A DNA stretch of 59,141 nt, filler included. It is 5 parts of 5 records of this genome, joined end to end, with 100 filler letters (N's around TTAATTAATTAA, not from the genome) between each part and the next. Parts side by side here need not be neighbours in the genome. Positions count along the whole stretch, not along the records: positions 1 to 8,085 come from SRR20825019_1345; positions 8,186 to 15,138 come from SRR20825019_1349; positions 15,239 to 42,470 come from SRR20825019_1351; 2 more parts are not named here. The stretch is one strand, 5' to 3'. Shown here piece by piece: positions 1 through 15,963 of the stretch. The notes under the pieces were generated by a model, which saw only the letters and a program-made list of their open reading frames with translations, had not been told where the DNA came from and did no database searches. The first letter of the stretch is position 1. Every line of letters begins with the position of its first letter. Position numbers and translations under genes: made by a program.

Positions 1-233
1 GATTAAAAACACAAGATCACTTTCTTACAAGAAAAAAGAGTAACGTCTATACTCTAACTAGAGTAAAATAAGAAGTTATACAAAAAATACGTTATTAAAA
101 TTAACGTTTTATTTATGCTTTTTAATAGCTTTAATAGTGAAGCCTATTTTGAAAACCTCTTATAAGCCAGTGTAACTAGAGTTTAATAAATTCTATTTGT
201 TTTTATTGGGCAACAATGATAAATTATAATAAA

Positions 234-1193
234 TTACTCGTACTTGAGTACTTTATTTATAATATGGACAACACCATTCCAAGCAACAAAATCTTTAGCT
301 ATTATAGTTGCATTTTCATTTGCTGAATCTGTAATAATAATGCTGTCTCCAGTATTTATTTTAATAGCATTTCCTTGCCATGTGTTGAGTACATCTCCGT
401 CTTTAAGGTTGTTAGAGGTATTAATTTCACCATCAATTATATGGTATTTGATGGTTTTATTTAGCGATTCTAATGTAACAGTTCCCATGTCTAAGAATGC
501 TTCTTCAGATGGGATAAAAACTGTTATATCAGCTTCTATATCATTAAGCTTCGTAAACACCTCATTATCTAGTTCTTTACTAGCGTTGTAGAGGTTTGAT
601 AATTCAGAATCTACTTTTATAAAAGTAGCCAAGGTTGCAGGCGTAATTATATCGTCTATTTTATGGATTATCCCATTGGTAACTTCAATGTCTGCTTTGG
701 TAATTAATATTCCGTCGTTGAGAGTTATTGTGCTATTTTTTTTTGCTACAAATAGATCAATATTAGCTTGTGTAATATATTCTTTTGCTTGGGTTTTATT
801 ATAGCCTTCAGTAATTTCACTTGCAAATTTCGCCTTTCCACTTAACATATGGTTCAAAATTATTTGAGTTAATGTGTTGGTAGGAATGTTTTGAATGCTA
901 TTTATATTTTTTTTAGCTAAATAACGAGAAAAAGCTTCGTTATTCGGGGCGAAAAAAGTATAAGAACCAGCGCCATCCACATTTAGAGCGTTATTATACC
1001 CTATTTGATCGATAGCTTGTACAAGAAGACTGTAATCGGGGTCGTTGCTAAAGTAGGTGTAAAGACTTACGGGCTCATTTGGGGTTTCTGTTTCAGAGTT
1101 TTCATCGTTTGATGAGTCGCTGCACGCTGTAAAATTGTACGCGCATACTAGTAAAAGCAAAATTGCTTTTAAGCTTAGGTTTTTTGTATTCAT
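234..1193 (-). CDS. Fasciclin (FAS1) domain lipoprotein, 2 FAS1 domains
   Basis: Lipobox-like NFTAC followed by an acidic stretch; FAS1 motifs YTFFAPNNEAF, NGIIHKID, ITVFIPSEEAF, NGVVHIINKVL. Confidence 0.9.
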   Translation of the reverse strand: MNTKNLSLKAILLLLVCAYNFTACSDSSNDENSETETPNEPVSLYTYFSNDPDYSLLVQAIDQIGYNNALNVDGAGSYTFFAPNNEAFSRYLAKKNINSIQNIPTNTLTQIILNHMLSGKAKFASEITEGYNKTQAKEYITQANIDLFVAKKNSTITLNDGILITKADIEVTNGIIHKIDDIITPATLATFIKVDSELSNLYNASKELDNEVFTKLNDIEADITVFIPSEEAFLDMGTVTLESLNKTIKYHIIDGEINTSNNLKDGDVLNTWQGNAIKINTGDSIIITDSANENATIIAKDFVAWNGVVHIINKVLKYE

Positions 1194-1252
1194 GATTTGT
1201 AAAATTTGGTATGGTAAAGATATTCGTTTTTTATAAAGTGGTATTATAAAAT

Positions 1253-1281
1253 AAAAAAAAGGTCGCCAATTAGCGACCCTT
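1253..1281 (-). terminator. Intrinsic terminator of the large fasciclin gene
   Basis: Minus strand reads GGTCGC-taattg-GCGACC followed by T8, about 30 nt after the stop codon. Confidence 0.8.
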
Positions 1282-1313
1282 CTTCAAAAAGCAATGATTA
1301 ATAAATAAAGAGT

Positions 1314-3140
1314 TTAATTTGTAGTGTCTGGAATTAAAACTTTATTAACTGCATGGATTACACCATTAGTAGCTTGAACATCTACAGCAACAACTCCAAT
1401 ATCGGTATTTCCAGCACCGTCAGTTAAATCTGCAATAGCATCTCCAGTGCCAGGTAAAGCTATAGTTATATTGTCTCCTTCTAAGCTAGAAACCATCATT
1501 CCGTCTGTCAAATCTTCTGACCTTGCATTTGCACCTGCAACCACATGATGCTGTAATACTGCTGTAAGTGTAGCTCCAGTTGGGGTAGCGCTAAGTGCCT
1601 CGAAAGCCGAGTTTAAAGGTGCGAAAACAGTAAAAGGAGCATCGGTAGTTCCAGATAGAATACTTACAAAATCTGGTTGTCCATCTGCTGTAAGAGCTCC
1701 AACTAAAGAACTGAAATTAGGGTCTGCAGTAGCAAAAGTTACTATGGTTGGTAACCCAATAACGGCATCTACAGCATGGATTACACCATTACTAACTTCT
1801 ACATCTGCTGTGGTTACAGTAGATACACCATTTAACATAACACCAGATTCCGTATTTATGTAAAGACTTAAATTATCGCCATCTGTATTTGTAGCCATCG
1901 TATTCCCATACATAGTTGTTAAATCGCCAGACATAACCTCTCCTTCAATAACGTGGTTTAATAGTACTTGTTTTAAAACATCTGTAGGAACTTCCTCTAA
2001 AGAAGCAAATCCATTATCTGATAAAAAGGTGGCAAAAGCCTCGTTATTTGGAGCAAAAACTGTCAATCCAGCATCTTCAGCGTTTAGCGTTTCTACTAAA
2101 TCTGCTTTCTGTACTGCTGCTAATAAAGAAGAATAATCGTTATTCATGGCAACAAAACCAGCAATTGTAGGATTCATAGCATCTACTATTGTTTGTGGGA
2201 GTAATACCTTGTCAATAGCATGAATTACACCGTTTCCAGCTTGAACATCTGCTGCAACTACATTAGCAGGTGTATCTGTTGCGTCCATTATTTTAACCCC
2301 ATCAGCGGTCATAATTGTAACATCCTCTCCTTGGGCAGTAGTAATCATTTGACCATCGCTCAATGTTCCAGAAGTTGCATTAGCTCCCGCTACTACATGA
2401 TATGTTAAAACAGCCTCAAGGGTAGCATCGTCAATATCGTCCAAAGAAGATGCTCCTAACATTGATAAAAGATTTTCAAAAGCTTCATTTGTTGGTGCAA
2501 ATACAGTAAAAGGAGCACCATCAGTACCAGAAAGTAAATCTGTATAAGTGTTTCCTAATCTTCCTAAAGCTTCTACTAATATTGAGAAACTAGGATTTGC
2601 AGCTGCATGATCTACAATTGTAGGAATTGTTAAGACCGCATCAACTTTGTGGATCACCCCATTTGAAGCTGTAATGTCTATGGTGGTAGGAGCAGCTACT
2701 CCGTTAAAAGAAACACTGTTTTCAGTGTTAATATACATGCTAATTGCATTATCATCTGGTCCTGTTGCTAAAGTGTTTTTATACATGGTACTCAAATCGG
2801 TAGCCATTATAGTTTCATTAAAAACATGATTTAGAAGGATGTTAGTCAAAACTTCTTCGGAAATATTGTCAACGCTAGTAATTCCAGCTGCCTGAAAAGC
2901 TTCATTAGTTGGGGCAAGGACTGTGTAAGTGCCTTCCTCGTTTAGAGTTGCATCAAGACCTGTCTTAATAAGAGCAGCAGTTAAAATACTGAGTTCAGCA
3001 TCTGCAGTAGCAGTTTCTGTTATAGTAGCTTCTTGTTCTGGTGGATTCATGTTGTTGTCATCATCATCAGAGCATGATGCTATGCTTAGAAATAATAATG
3101 AAACAATAAAATACTTTGATAAATGGATGATTGTTTTCAT
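1314..3140 (-). CDS. Fasciclin (FAS1) domain lipoprotein, 4 FAS1 domains
   Basis: Lipobox SIASC plus SDDDD; four TV(L/F)AP motifs and four NGVIH motifs; domains 1/3 and 2/4 look like an internal duplication. Confidence 0.93.
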   Translation of the reverse strand: MKTIIHLSKYFIVSLLFLSIASCSDDDDNNMNPPEQEATITETATADAELSILTAALIKTGLDATLNEEGTYTVLAPTNEAFQAAGITSVDNISEEVLTNILLNHVFNETIMATDLSTMYKNTLATGPDDNAISMYINTENSVSFNGVAAPTTIDITASNGVIHKVDAVLTIPTIVDHAAANPSFSILVEALGRLGNTYTDLLSGTDGAPFTVFAPTNEAFENLLSMLGASSLDDIDDATLEAVLTYHVVAGANATSGTLSDGQMITTAQGEDVTIMTADGVKIMDATDTPANVVAADVQAGNGVIHAIDKVLLPQTIVDAMNPTIAGFVAMNNDYSSLLAAVQKADLVETLNAEDAGLTVFAPNNEAFATFLSDNGFASLEEVPTDVLKQVLLNHVIEGEVMSGDLTTMYGNTMATNTDGDNLSLYINTESGVMLNGVSTVTTADVEVSNGVIHAVDAVIGLPTIVTFATADPNFSSLVGALTADGQPDFVSILSGTTDAPFTVFAPLNSAFEALSATPTGATLTAVLQHHVVAGANARSEDLTDGMMVSSLEGDNITIALPGTGDAIADLTDGAGNTDIGVVAVDVQATNGVIHAVNKVLIPDTTN

Positions 3141-3182
3141 GTTGTTTATTTTTTATAGGTTTTGATTACTTGTTAAAGCAAT

Positions 3183-3215
3183 TTGTTTAACTAAACTATA
3201 ATAAAAGTTAAACAA
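3183..3215. promoter_or_regulatory. Palindromic operator-like site upstream of the fasciclin gene
   Basis: Perfect 10-bp inverted repeat TTGTTTAACT-N13-AGTTAAACAA. Confidence 0.55.
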
Positions 3216-3314
3216 TTTAAAATAATTAACTTTTTTTAACATTAAATTTTTAATGTAATTACTTGATTAATTATCATTTATATGGTTTGATGCAAATTTT
3301 TGATTTTACATATT

Positions 3315-3346
3315 TTGTTTATGATATGTGTAGTATTGATAAACAA
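3315..3346. promoter_or_regulatory. Second palindromic operator-like site
   Basis: TTGTTTAT-N16-ATAAACAA; same core and similar span as 3183-3215. Confidence 0.45.
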
Positions 3347-3426
3347 TATTAATATTTGAAATTTTTGTTTTTTATGTTGAAAGCAACCTAAGAGTAATCC
3401 GACTAACCTCTTCTATATGAATTTTG

Positions 3427-3434
3427 TAATTTTG
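3427..3434 (+). promoter_or_regulatory. Bacteroidota -7 promoter element for mnmA
   Basis: TAATTTTG matches TAnnTTTG, 22 nt before the ATG. Confidence 0.6.
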
Positions 3435-3456
3435 CATATTATTTCAATACGTTAGA

Positions 3457-4644
3457 ATGAAAAGAGTAATAGTTGGTTTATCGGGAGGAGTAGATTCAAG
3501 TGTAACAGCCTATCTTTTAAAAGAGCAAGGGTATGATGTTATAGGTCTGTTTATGAAGAATTGGCATGACGATTCTGTAACTATTTCTAATGAATGCCCA
3601 TGGTTGGAAGATAGTAATGATGCTTTAATGGTAGCAGAAAAATTGGGAATTCCATTTCAAACTGTCGATTTAAGTGAACAATATAAAGAGCGTATCGTTG
3701 ATTATATGTTTAACGAATACGAACGTGGGCGTACGCCAAATCCAGATGTGCTGTGTAATAGAGAAATTAAGTTTGATGTTTTTATGAAAATAGCATTAGA
3801 CTTAGGAGCCGATTATGTAGCTACAGGACACTATTGTAGAAAAAATACCATTGAAATTGAAGGAAAGCCTGTACATAGACTTTTGGCAGGGGTAGATGGA
3901 AATAAAGACCAATCGTACTTTTTATGTCAGCTTTCTCAAGAGCAATTAAGTCGAACTTTATTCCCAATAGGGGAGTTAACAAAGCCTGAAGTAAGAAAAA
4001 TAGCATCTGAAAATAATTTAATTACTGCGGAAAAGAAAGATTCTCAAGGCTTGTGTTTTATAGGTAAAGTACGACTACCAGAGTTTCTTCAGCAAAAATT
4101 AAAACCTAAAGAAGGGCAGATAATAGAGGTAGCTGCAGAAGAAGTTCTTCAAAAAAGAACAACGCCTACTTTTAATACTAAAAATGAAGAATTGGCTTTT
4201 AACGCTCAAAAAGTAATTTATAGCCCAACCGATGGTAAAGTTGTAGGAAAACATCAAGGAGCGCATTATTTTACTAAAGGACAACGAAAAGGATTAAATG
4301 TTGGAGGTACGCCAGAGCCACTTTTTATTATTGAAACTGATGTTGATAAAAATTTAATTTACACTGGTCAAGGTAAAAATCATCCTGGACTTTTTAGAAA
4401 AGCCTTGTTTGTAACTAATGATGAATTGCATTGGGTACGAGAAGATTTAGCTTTAAAAGTAGATCAAACAATGGAGGTAATGGCGCGTATTAGATACAGA
4501 CAGCCATTGCAAAAAGCAACGTTATATCAAGTAGACGGTGGTTTGTATGTAGATTTTAATCAACCACAAAGTGCAATAACAGAAGGTCAGTTTGTAGCTT
4601 TTTATCAAGGAGAAGAGTTAATAGGATCTGGAGTAATAAGCTAG
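3457..4644 (+). CDS. mnmA: tRNA-specific 2-thiouridylase
   Basis: SGGVDS PP-loop, [43 protein letters not shown]. Confidence 0.97.
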   Translation: MKRVIVGLSGGVDSSVTAYLLKEQGYDVIGLFMKNWHDDSVTISNECPWLEDSNDALMVAEKLGIPFQTVDLSEQYKERIVDYMFNEYERGRTPNPDVLCNREIKFDVFMKIALDLGADYVATGHYCRKNTIEIEGKPVHRLLAGVDGNKDQSYFLCQLSQEQLSRTLFPIGELTKPEVRKIASENNLITAEKKDSQGLCFIGKVRLPEFLQQKLKPKEGQIIEVAAEEVLQKRTTPTFNTKNEELAFNAQKVIYSPTDGKVVGKHQGAHYFTKGQRKGLNVGGTPEPLFIIETDVDKNLIYTGQGKNHPGLFRKALFVTNDELHWVREDLALKVDQTMEVMARIRYRQPLQKATLYQVDGGLYVDFNQPQSAITEGQFVAFYQGEELIGSGVIS

Positions 4645-4790
4645 AAACTAATTTTTTAAATATATGAGGAGTGTTTGTTTTGGATTTAAGATAATTTATT
4701 CACTCCTTTTATTTTTTATACATAATTTCTTTTCTTAATTAAACAAGAAACCAGAAACTTTCAACTTTTCAAACTTTTCTACTCCATAGT

Positions 4791-5741
4791 ATGCAAAACA
4801 AAATCACACAACTTTTCGGTATAAAATATCCAATTATTCAAGCAGGAATGGTATGGGCTAGTGGTTGGGAGCTAGCTTCTGCAGCTTCAAATGCTGGTAT
4901 TTTGGGGGTTATAGGTGCTGGTTCCATGTATCCAGAAATTCTCCGTGAGCATATTCAGAAATGTAAAAAAGCAACCAATAACCCCTTTGGGGTAAATATT
5001 CCAATGCTTTATCCTGAAATAGATAAGCTGATGGAGATTATTATTTCTGAAGGAGTAAAGATTGTATTTACTTCCGCAGGAAATCCTAAAACATGGACTT
5101 CTCATTTAAAAGCCCATGGAATTACAGTTGTGCATGTGGTAAGTAGTGTTAAATTTGCTTTAAAGGCGCAGGAGGCAGGGGTAGATGCTATTGTTGCGGA
5201 AGGTTTTGAAGCTGGTGGACATAATGGAAGAGACGAGACAACTACTTTTACGCTTATCCCTATGGTAAAAGAAAAAATTACGATTCCTATAATTGCTGCT
5301 GGTGGTATTGCTACCGGACAAGGGATGCTTGCTGCAATGATTTTGGGAGCCGATGGGGTACAAGTTGGGAGTAGGTTTGTTGCAAGTGAAGAAGCTTCTT
5401 CGCATATTAATTTTAAAAACTTAGTAGTAGGCTCAAAAGAAGGTGATACACAGCTTACTTTAAAAGAATTAGCACCAGTACGATTGCTGAAAAATAAGTT
5501 TTATAATGATGTTCAAGCTTTATATGCCAAAGGAACTACAAAAGAGGAACTGATAGAATTGTTAGGAAGAGCAAGGGCTAAAAAAGGAATGTTTGAAGGC
5601 GATTTAGAAGAAGGGGAACTCGAAATTGGGCAGGTAAGCGGACTCATTCATAACATACTTCCTGTTTCTAAAATAGTGGAAAATATGATAACCGAATTTG
5701 AAAAAGCTAAAAAGATTCTAATTTTAAATGCTGAATTTTAA
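4791..5741 (+). CDS. Nitronate monooxygenase / FabK-like flavin oxidoreductase
   Basis: YPIIQAGM, EGFEAGGHNG, IAAGGI, GADGVQVGSRF, GQVSGLI. Confidence 0.9.
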   Translation: MQNKITQLFGIKYPIIQAGMVWASGWELASAASNAGILGVIGAGSMYPEILREHIQKCKKATNNPFGVNIPMLYPEIDKLMEIIISEGVKIVFTSAGNPKTWTSHLKAHGITVVHVVSSVKFALKAQEAGVDAIVAEGFEAGGHNGRDETTTFTLIPMVKEKITIPIIAAGGIATGQGMLAAMILGADGVQVGSRFVASEEASSHINFKNLVVGSKEGDTQLTLKELAPVRLLKNKFYNDVQALYAKGTTKEELIELLGRARAKKGMFEGDLEEGELEIGQVSGLIHNILPVSKIVENMITEFEKAKKILILNAEF

Positions 5742-5792
5742 GTTTTGAATTTTTTAAAATACTTACTGCCTACAGAACATACATATTTTGTA

Positions 5793-6026
5793 CTACTTCT
5801 TAGGCAACGGACCTCGTAAGTGGATAATGAGTCCGTTTAGGAAATTACGTAAAATTTGGTCGCCGCATTCCATATATTTTGGATGGTCTTCATTTCTGAA
5901 AAAAGCCCCTAATTCACTTTTTGTAATCCTAAAATCAACGAGTGCTAAAATTTCTACAATTTGGTCGTCTCTTAATTTGTGTGCTACACGCAGTTTTTTG
6001 AAAATGTCGTTGTTTGATAATGCCAT
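5793..6026 (-). CDS. DUF1456-family small protein
   Basis: NNDIFKKLRVA...KSELGAFFR...CGDQILRNFLNGL pattern. Confidence 0.8.
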   Translation of the reverse strand: MALSNNDIFKKLRVAHKLRDDQIVEILALVDFRITKSELGAFFRNEDHPKYMECGDQILRNFLNGLIIHLRGPLPKK

Positions 6027-6030
6027 GATG

Positions 6031-6038
6031 CAAAGGTA
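6031..6038 (-). promoter_or_regulatory. Bacteroidota -7 element immediately before the DUF1456 ATG
   Basis: TACCTTTG on the minus strand, with only 4 nt between it and the ATG. Confidence 0.5.
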
Positions 6039-6047
6039 ACGATTGTT

Positions 6048-6476
6048 TTAGATTTTTTTCTGAAAGTGATATCCAATAATTTCAAAACCTTGGTTAAAAT
6101 AAAATTTATGAGACCTCCCGTTAGCTACATAGGTATTAAGTTCCATTGTTTTATAATTATTTTCTTGAGCCCAAGCTTCTATTTGTTCTACAAATAATTT
6201 TCCAAAACCTTTAGACTGAAAATTATTGTCAATTATTACATTGTCGAGTTCTAATTGTTTTCCAGAATAGAGTTTTACAGTGCTCCATCCGCTGCATACA
6301 CCTATCAATTCTTTATTATAAAGTAAGCCGAAGCAGTGGTAGCCATTATATTTAAACATTTCTTGGTGCTTTTCAAGTAAATAGGCTTTTGTTTTTGTAG
6401 TGTTTAGTTGTTGTGTTGGTTCTACAACTTTTTCAATGGCGTCTTCCTTAAGAAGTGCTATAGATGTCTGCAACAT
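6048..6476 (-). CDS. GNAT-family N-acetyltransferase
   Basis: LDNVII..FQSKGFGK acetyl-CoA motif, ELNTY, SHKFYFNQGF. Confidence 0.88.
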   Translation of the reverse strand: MLQTSIALLKEDAIEKVVEPTQQLNTTKTKAYLLEKHQEMFKYNGYHCFGLLYNKELIGVCSGWSTVKLYSGKQLELDNVIIDNNFQSKGFGKLFVEQIEAWAQENNYKTMELNTYVANGRSHKFYFNQGFEIIGYHFQKKI

Positions 6477-6481
6477 TGTAT

Positions 6482-7129
6482 TTATTTTATTTCTATTTTC
6501 TTTCCTAGATATTTTGGTTCGACCTGAAATAGGAGGTCTAAAAATACTTTAGTTCGTGCTAAATACTCTCTTAAATTTGTTTTTATCCCTCCGCTTCCTT
6601 CTACGTTTTTTGCATTAAAACCAATAGCATCGATTTTAAATTTATCAGCCAGATAAATAGCTCTTTCATTATGGAATTGTTGTGATATAATAGTAATACT
6701 AGTTTGTCCGAATATTTTTTTAGCCCTTACAACAGAATCTAAAGTTCTAAAACCTGCATAATCTAAGAAAATCTTATTCTCTGGAACACCTCTTTTTATA
6801 AGCATTTTTTTAAAGTCATTCGGTTCATTATAATCAGTAGTACTATTATCGCCACTTATTAATATGAAATCAATTTTTTTGGCATTAAATAATTCAACAG
6901 CTGCATCAATTCGATATTCAAAATAAGGATTTATATGTCCGTTATTTAGTCTTTTTGCAGTTCCTAAAATGAGTCCGACCTTGTTATGCTTTATAATCTC
7001 GGTATTGGTAGTGGTTTTTCCTTTTGCGCTTTTCTCAATAGCATAATTAGAAATTAAAATCAGTATAAGACCAATAATTCCTAATGCGATGGATATTTTT
7101 AGAAATTTTTTAAAAAGTGGCTTCTTCAT
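6482..7129 (-). CDS. SanA/YdcF (DUF218) family protein
   Basis: N-terminal TM helix; LILGT, ISGDN..YNEP, DYAGFRTLDS, SQQFHNERA, REYLAR. The ATG at 7129 is preferred over the TTG at 7186. Confidence 0.88.
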   Translation of the reverse strand: MKKPLFKKFLKISIALGIIGLILILISNYAIEKSAKGKTTTNTEIIKHNKVGLILGTAKRLNNGHINPYFEYRIDAAVELFNAKKIDFILISGDNSTTDYNEPNDFKKMLIKRGVPENKIFLDYAGFRTLDSVVRAKKIFGQTSITIISQQFHNERAIYLADKFKIDAIGFNAKNVEGSGGIKTNLREYLARTKVFLDLLFQVEPKYLGKKIEIK

Positions 7130-7168
7130 GGCATGGAAAACTAAATTATATAGCAATCGTTTAAACTT

Positions 7169-7176
7169 CAAAGCTA
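7169..7176 (-). promoter_or_regulatory. Bacteroidota -7 element for the SanA-like gene
   Basis: TAGCTTTG on the minus strand, about 40 nt upstream of ATG 7129. Confidence 0.5.
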
Positions 7177-7530
7177 TTAAAAGCAAAGGTTCAGTATGCT
7201 TTGATAGTTTTGTTGCAAGTTAGGGAAAATTACGATTTTGTGTTCTTAAATATGTACTCGACAGAAATAAAATAGGCTGAGTATTATTCTTAGGAGTATA
7301 TTATGGAGAAGAAACAAATATCATTCTATTGTATTTATGCTATAAGCTAAAACTGCGTTATTTTAAATAATGATCCGTTTTTAACCTTAATCCATGCGCG
7401 TACGTAACTAACGTATAAAAATACGTCTCTAGTCTAAACGCATACGTAACCAATGTAAAAGAATCTATTTTGAACGTAAAATCAATAGAATAGTAAAGAT
7501 GAGTTAGTTTCTTAATAAGATATCTATTAT

Positions 7531-7563
7531 AAAAAAACGCTCCGATGCCTTCGGAGCGTTTTT
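7531..7563. terminator. Intrinsic, probably bidirectional, terminator downstream of the acyl-CoA dehydrogenase gene
   Basis: AAAAACGCTCCGA-tgcct-TCGGAGCGTTTTT perfect 13-bp stem with T tracts on both strands. Confidence 0.88.
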
Positions 7564-7608
7564 GGATAAACAACTAAATCCTAAAACCTGTTGATTTTAG
7601 TATCCTCT

Positions 7609-8085
7609 TTAGAAACAATATTTGTTTTCTGCTGTAACTTTGTCAGCAATTGTATTTCTTAATGCAATAACATTAGGAAGGTTAGCGTATTTTGTAAAGC
7701 GTTTTAATCCCATAAGCATCATACGTTGCTCATCTCCTTCAGCAAAAGAAGAAATAGCTTCTTTTCCTTTAGTTTGTATTTTTTCAACAGCGTGGAAAAG
7801 ATTTAATTTAGCCATAGCTATTTGCTCTTTCTGAGTATCTTCTCCAAAACGCTTAGCATTTTTCTCGGTTCTTAGAATAGCAGATTCTGCCATATAAATT
7901 TGGATAAGAATATCAGAAGCTGCCATTAGTAGTTGTTGGTGCTCTTCTAACTCAGGGCCATATTTTTGTACTCCAGAACCAGCAACCATTAAAAAGGCTT
8001 TTTTAAGCTTTTCAATCATTTCTTTTTCTTCAGAAAATAATACAGAATAATCTGGCGTATCGAATGATGGAATTCCCATTAACTC
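7609..8085 (-). CDS. Acyl-CoA dehydrogenase (long, ACAD9/VLCAD-like), C-terminal part, 5'-truncated by the contig end
   Basis: LEEHQQLLMAASDILIQIYMAESAILR and EGDEQRMMLMGLKRFTK, typical of the C-terminus of this Bacteroidota family. Confidence 0.82.
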   Translation of the reverse strand, partial: ELMGIPSFDTPDYSVLFSEEKEMIEKLKKAFLMVAGSGVQKYGPELEEHQQLLMAASDILIQIYMAESAILRTEKNAKRFGEDTQKEQIAMAKLNLFHAVEKIQTKGKEAISSFAEGDEQRMMLMGLKRFTKYANLPNVIALRNTIADKVTAENKYCF

Positions 8086-8185
8086 NNNNNNNNNNNNNNN
8101 NNNNNNNNNNNNNNNNNNNNNNNNNNNNNTTAATTAATTAANNNNNNNNNNNNNNNNNNNNNNNNNNNNNNNNNNNNNNNNNNNN
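8086..8185. other. Artificial contig spacer
   Basis: 44 N + TTAATTAATTAA (stops in all six frames) + 44 N; composition changes sharply across it. Confidence 0.98.
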
Positions 8186-8625
8186 GGTGCACCAGCGCCA
8201 TCGTGCTGCTGCTGCTGCTGCAAGCCGGGTTGGCCCAGCGCGGGTTGGTTCGGGTTGGCTTGCTGAGCTATGCTTTCTACCTGCTGCCTTGCGAGTTGGT
8301 CGGGTTGCATTTGTTGTTCACCTTGTGAAGGTGTTGGTTGCTGCGCGTTATCGGCAGCGGGTTCCGTTGCTAGGGGAACATATTCATCGCCAGCTGACAC
8401 GGGGTCATGCGCGGCACCAGGTGCAGGATCAGCTCCATTAGCAGGCTGTGCAGGCACGCCTTCATTTACAGGCTGCGCCTCCGCACCATCCTGGGCGGGT
8501 TCAGTTTTGCTCTCTGTAGGTGCGGTGTCGTTACCATTGTCCGTAGAAGGTACCTCTTTCTGTGGTGTCTCCTCCTGGGGTGCAACAGCGGGTGCATCTT
8601 GGGGTGTGGTCTCTTCACTAGCCAT
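8186..8625 (-). CDS. N-terminus of an unknown eukaryotic protein (acidic, P/A/Q-rich), truncated by the contig end
   Basis: ATG in an AAT-ATG-G context, open to the gap; possible 5'UTR intron GTGAGT(8772)..TTATATAG(8652). Confidence 0.6.
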
Positions 8626-9300
8626 ATTATTTTACCGAGTTGGCTGGTGGGCTATATAAGGCAAACGCGTGAAGACGTGTACAGTATCGGTGCAGTGGAC
8701 TACGTGTGGCAGGCCGTCGGTAAGAAAGAGTGTGCAGGCAAACTCCTTCCCAAACAATTATGCTCAACTCACGCCCTTGTTTCAAAGTGAACCGGGTCGT
8801 TTAAGAATTCCGTTTTCGTAAGATACTGGTGGGAGGATGTCCACCGTTCTCCGTTAGTTATACTGATGGAATAGGCTGTCTTCCCTTGCTTTATGTCAAC
8901 CATGTCTCACCAGCGTCGAAGCGCGAAGAAATATTGCCCTCCTACGGCCTCCTACCAACCCGTTGTTGCTGGTGGTGCGCCTATGACTGGCAGCGATATG
9001 ATGGTCATGCGCGTCGCTCTCGCGGCACGACACCCGGCGCGGATCAGATCACGCAGCATGGCAGCAAGCTGGCGGCGGGTGGTTCACTCCGCCTCGGGCC
9101 AGACGCGAGCGGAGCCCCCAAGCGCTCAGGGGGAGGCTAGGGCCGTCGACCGGCTCGAATTCAGTCGCCAGCAGTCAGCAGTATCACCCCCTCTTCGACA
9201 GCGAGATTCTCTCATACGATAATATCAGCGGTCATCCCAATTGGGAATACATCAATTTCCGTGCCATTTCGAGGTGGATCCTGATGAGCTATCGCGTTCA

Positions 9301-14912
<5,612 letters not shown>

Positions 14913-15113
14913 GGTTCTTTTCGTGCTTTTCTCAGACGGCCATCCACGGAATAGAAGTCACACCATACTCCACGAGTTGCCTTTTATAAATGCGAGACGT
15001 TCGCTCTGGCCAGTCAAGGATGTGCCGAGCGGGGGTGAAGCAGAGGCCTGAGGTACTCGCGGCAGCCTGCTCAGTGAGGCCAGCGTAGGGGCTGGGCCCG
15101 GACATCAAGTGTG

Positions 15114-15138
15114 CCCCCCCCCCCCCCCCCCCCCCCCC
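15114..15138. repeat. Poly-C tract at contig end
   Basis: 25 consecutive C. Confidence 0.9.
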
Positions 15139-15238
15139 NNNNNNNNNNNNNNNNNNNNNNNNNNNNNNNNNNNNNNNNNNNNTTAATTAATTAANNNNNN
15201 NNNNNNNNNNNNNNNNNNNNNNNNNNNNNNNNNNNNNN
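15139..15238. other. Artificial contig spacer
   Basis: N44-TTAATTAATTAA-N44. Confidence 0.98.
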
Positions 15239-15963
15239 GGGGTGGGGACGACCACAAGGGCACGGTTACCGTGTGTGGGGGTCGTGATGCCCTCGCATGT
15301 GGTGCCTGGCTGTGTAGAAGAATCATCATCACCATCAATACTACCACCACTAAAATTACCACTGTGCTGATAATGCTGTTGATTATCGTTGTTGTTGTTG
15401 TATCGGGATGCATGTTGTCTTGCTGCCATCGTCTCGGAGGTACGGTCAGGCATCAATACCTTCCCACTAGTGTTGCTCACATGTAAACGGCCACCGATGG
15501 CACTAGAAGAACTACCGTATCCTACATCCACCCCATTGGACATACTATGCTTAGACAGGTCTCTCTGGTAGCTCTTAAAGTCCGCTGTAAGGGGAACACC
15601 GCTACGCTGCCTTGGACTAACATAGGGGCCACTGGTGGGATCGACCAACTCCTGCTGATGTTGCTGTTGTTGTTGGGTACCCGGGCCTCGTGAAGTGTGG
15701 GGTCTGGGTTCCTTTGCCTCCACGCGGCGAGGGAGGGTTGCGGAGCTAGGCTTGGTTGGTAGGATCGGAAGAGTCTCTTGGCCTACAACCCCCCGTGGAC
15801 TATTCACTCCTGGCCCCTTGTACTTACGTTGCTGGGCAAGGTAGGCGTCTCGAGAGAGCACACGGCCACGCTCCCCACTCTTCATCTGGTCTGCATTTTG
15901 TTGCTCTAGCATTTCCTTAAGACTGGTACCCCTTGGGGAGTAATAGTCAGGGAGAGTGTTCAT
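15239..15963 (-). CDS. Hypothetical low-complexity protein, 3'-truncated
   Basis: ATG-initiated ORF open to the gap, on the same strand as the whole array. Confidence 0.6.

Noticed and set aside
4664-4790. Short hydrophobic ORF (MRSVCFGF...) or AGGAGTG/CACTCCT hairpin after mnmA
   Set aside because: 24 codons and a 27-nt loop; cannot be told apart from chance, a gene relic or a weak terminator
8086-8185. Apparent bacterium-to-eukaryote junction (HGT) and repeated TTAATTAATTAA motif
   Set aside because: The identical N-flanked linker occurs four times; it is a concatenation spacer, so no cross-contig gene linkage is meaningful
8829-9222. GC-rich plus-strand ORFs or ncRNA
   Set aside because: No recognisable protein or RNA motif; more simply the upstream region of the 8625 gene
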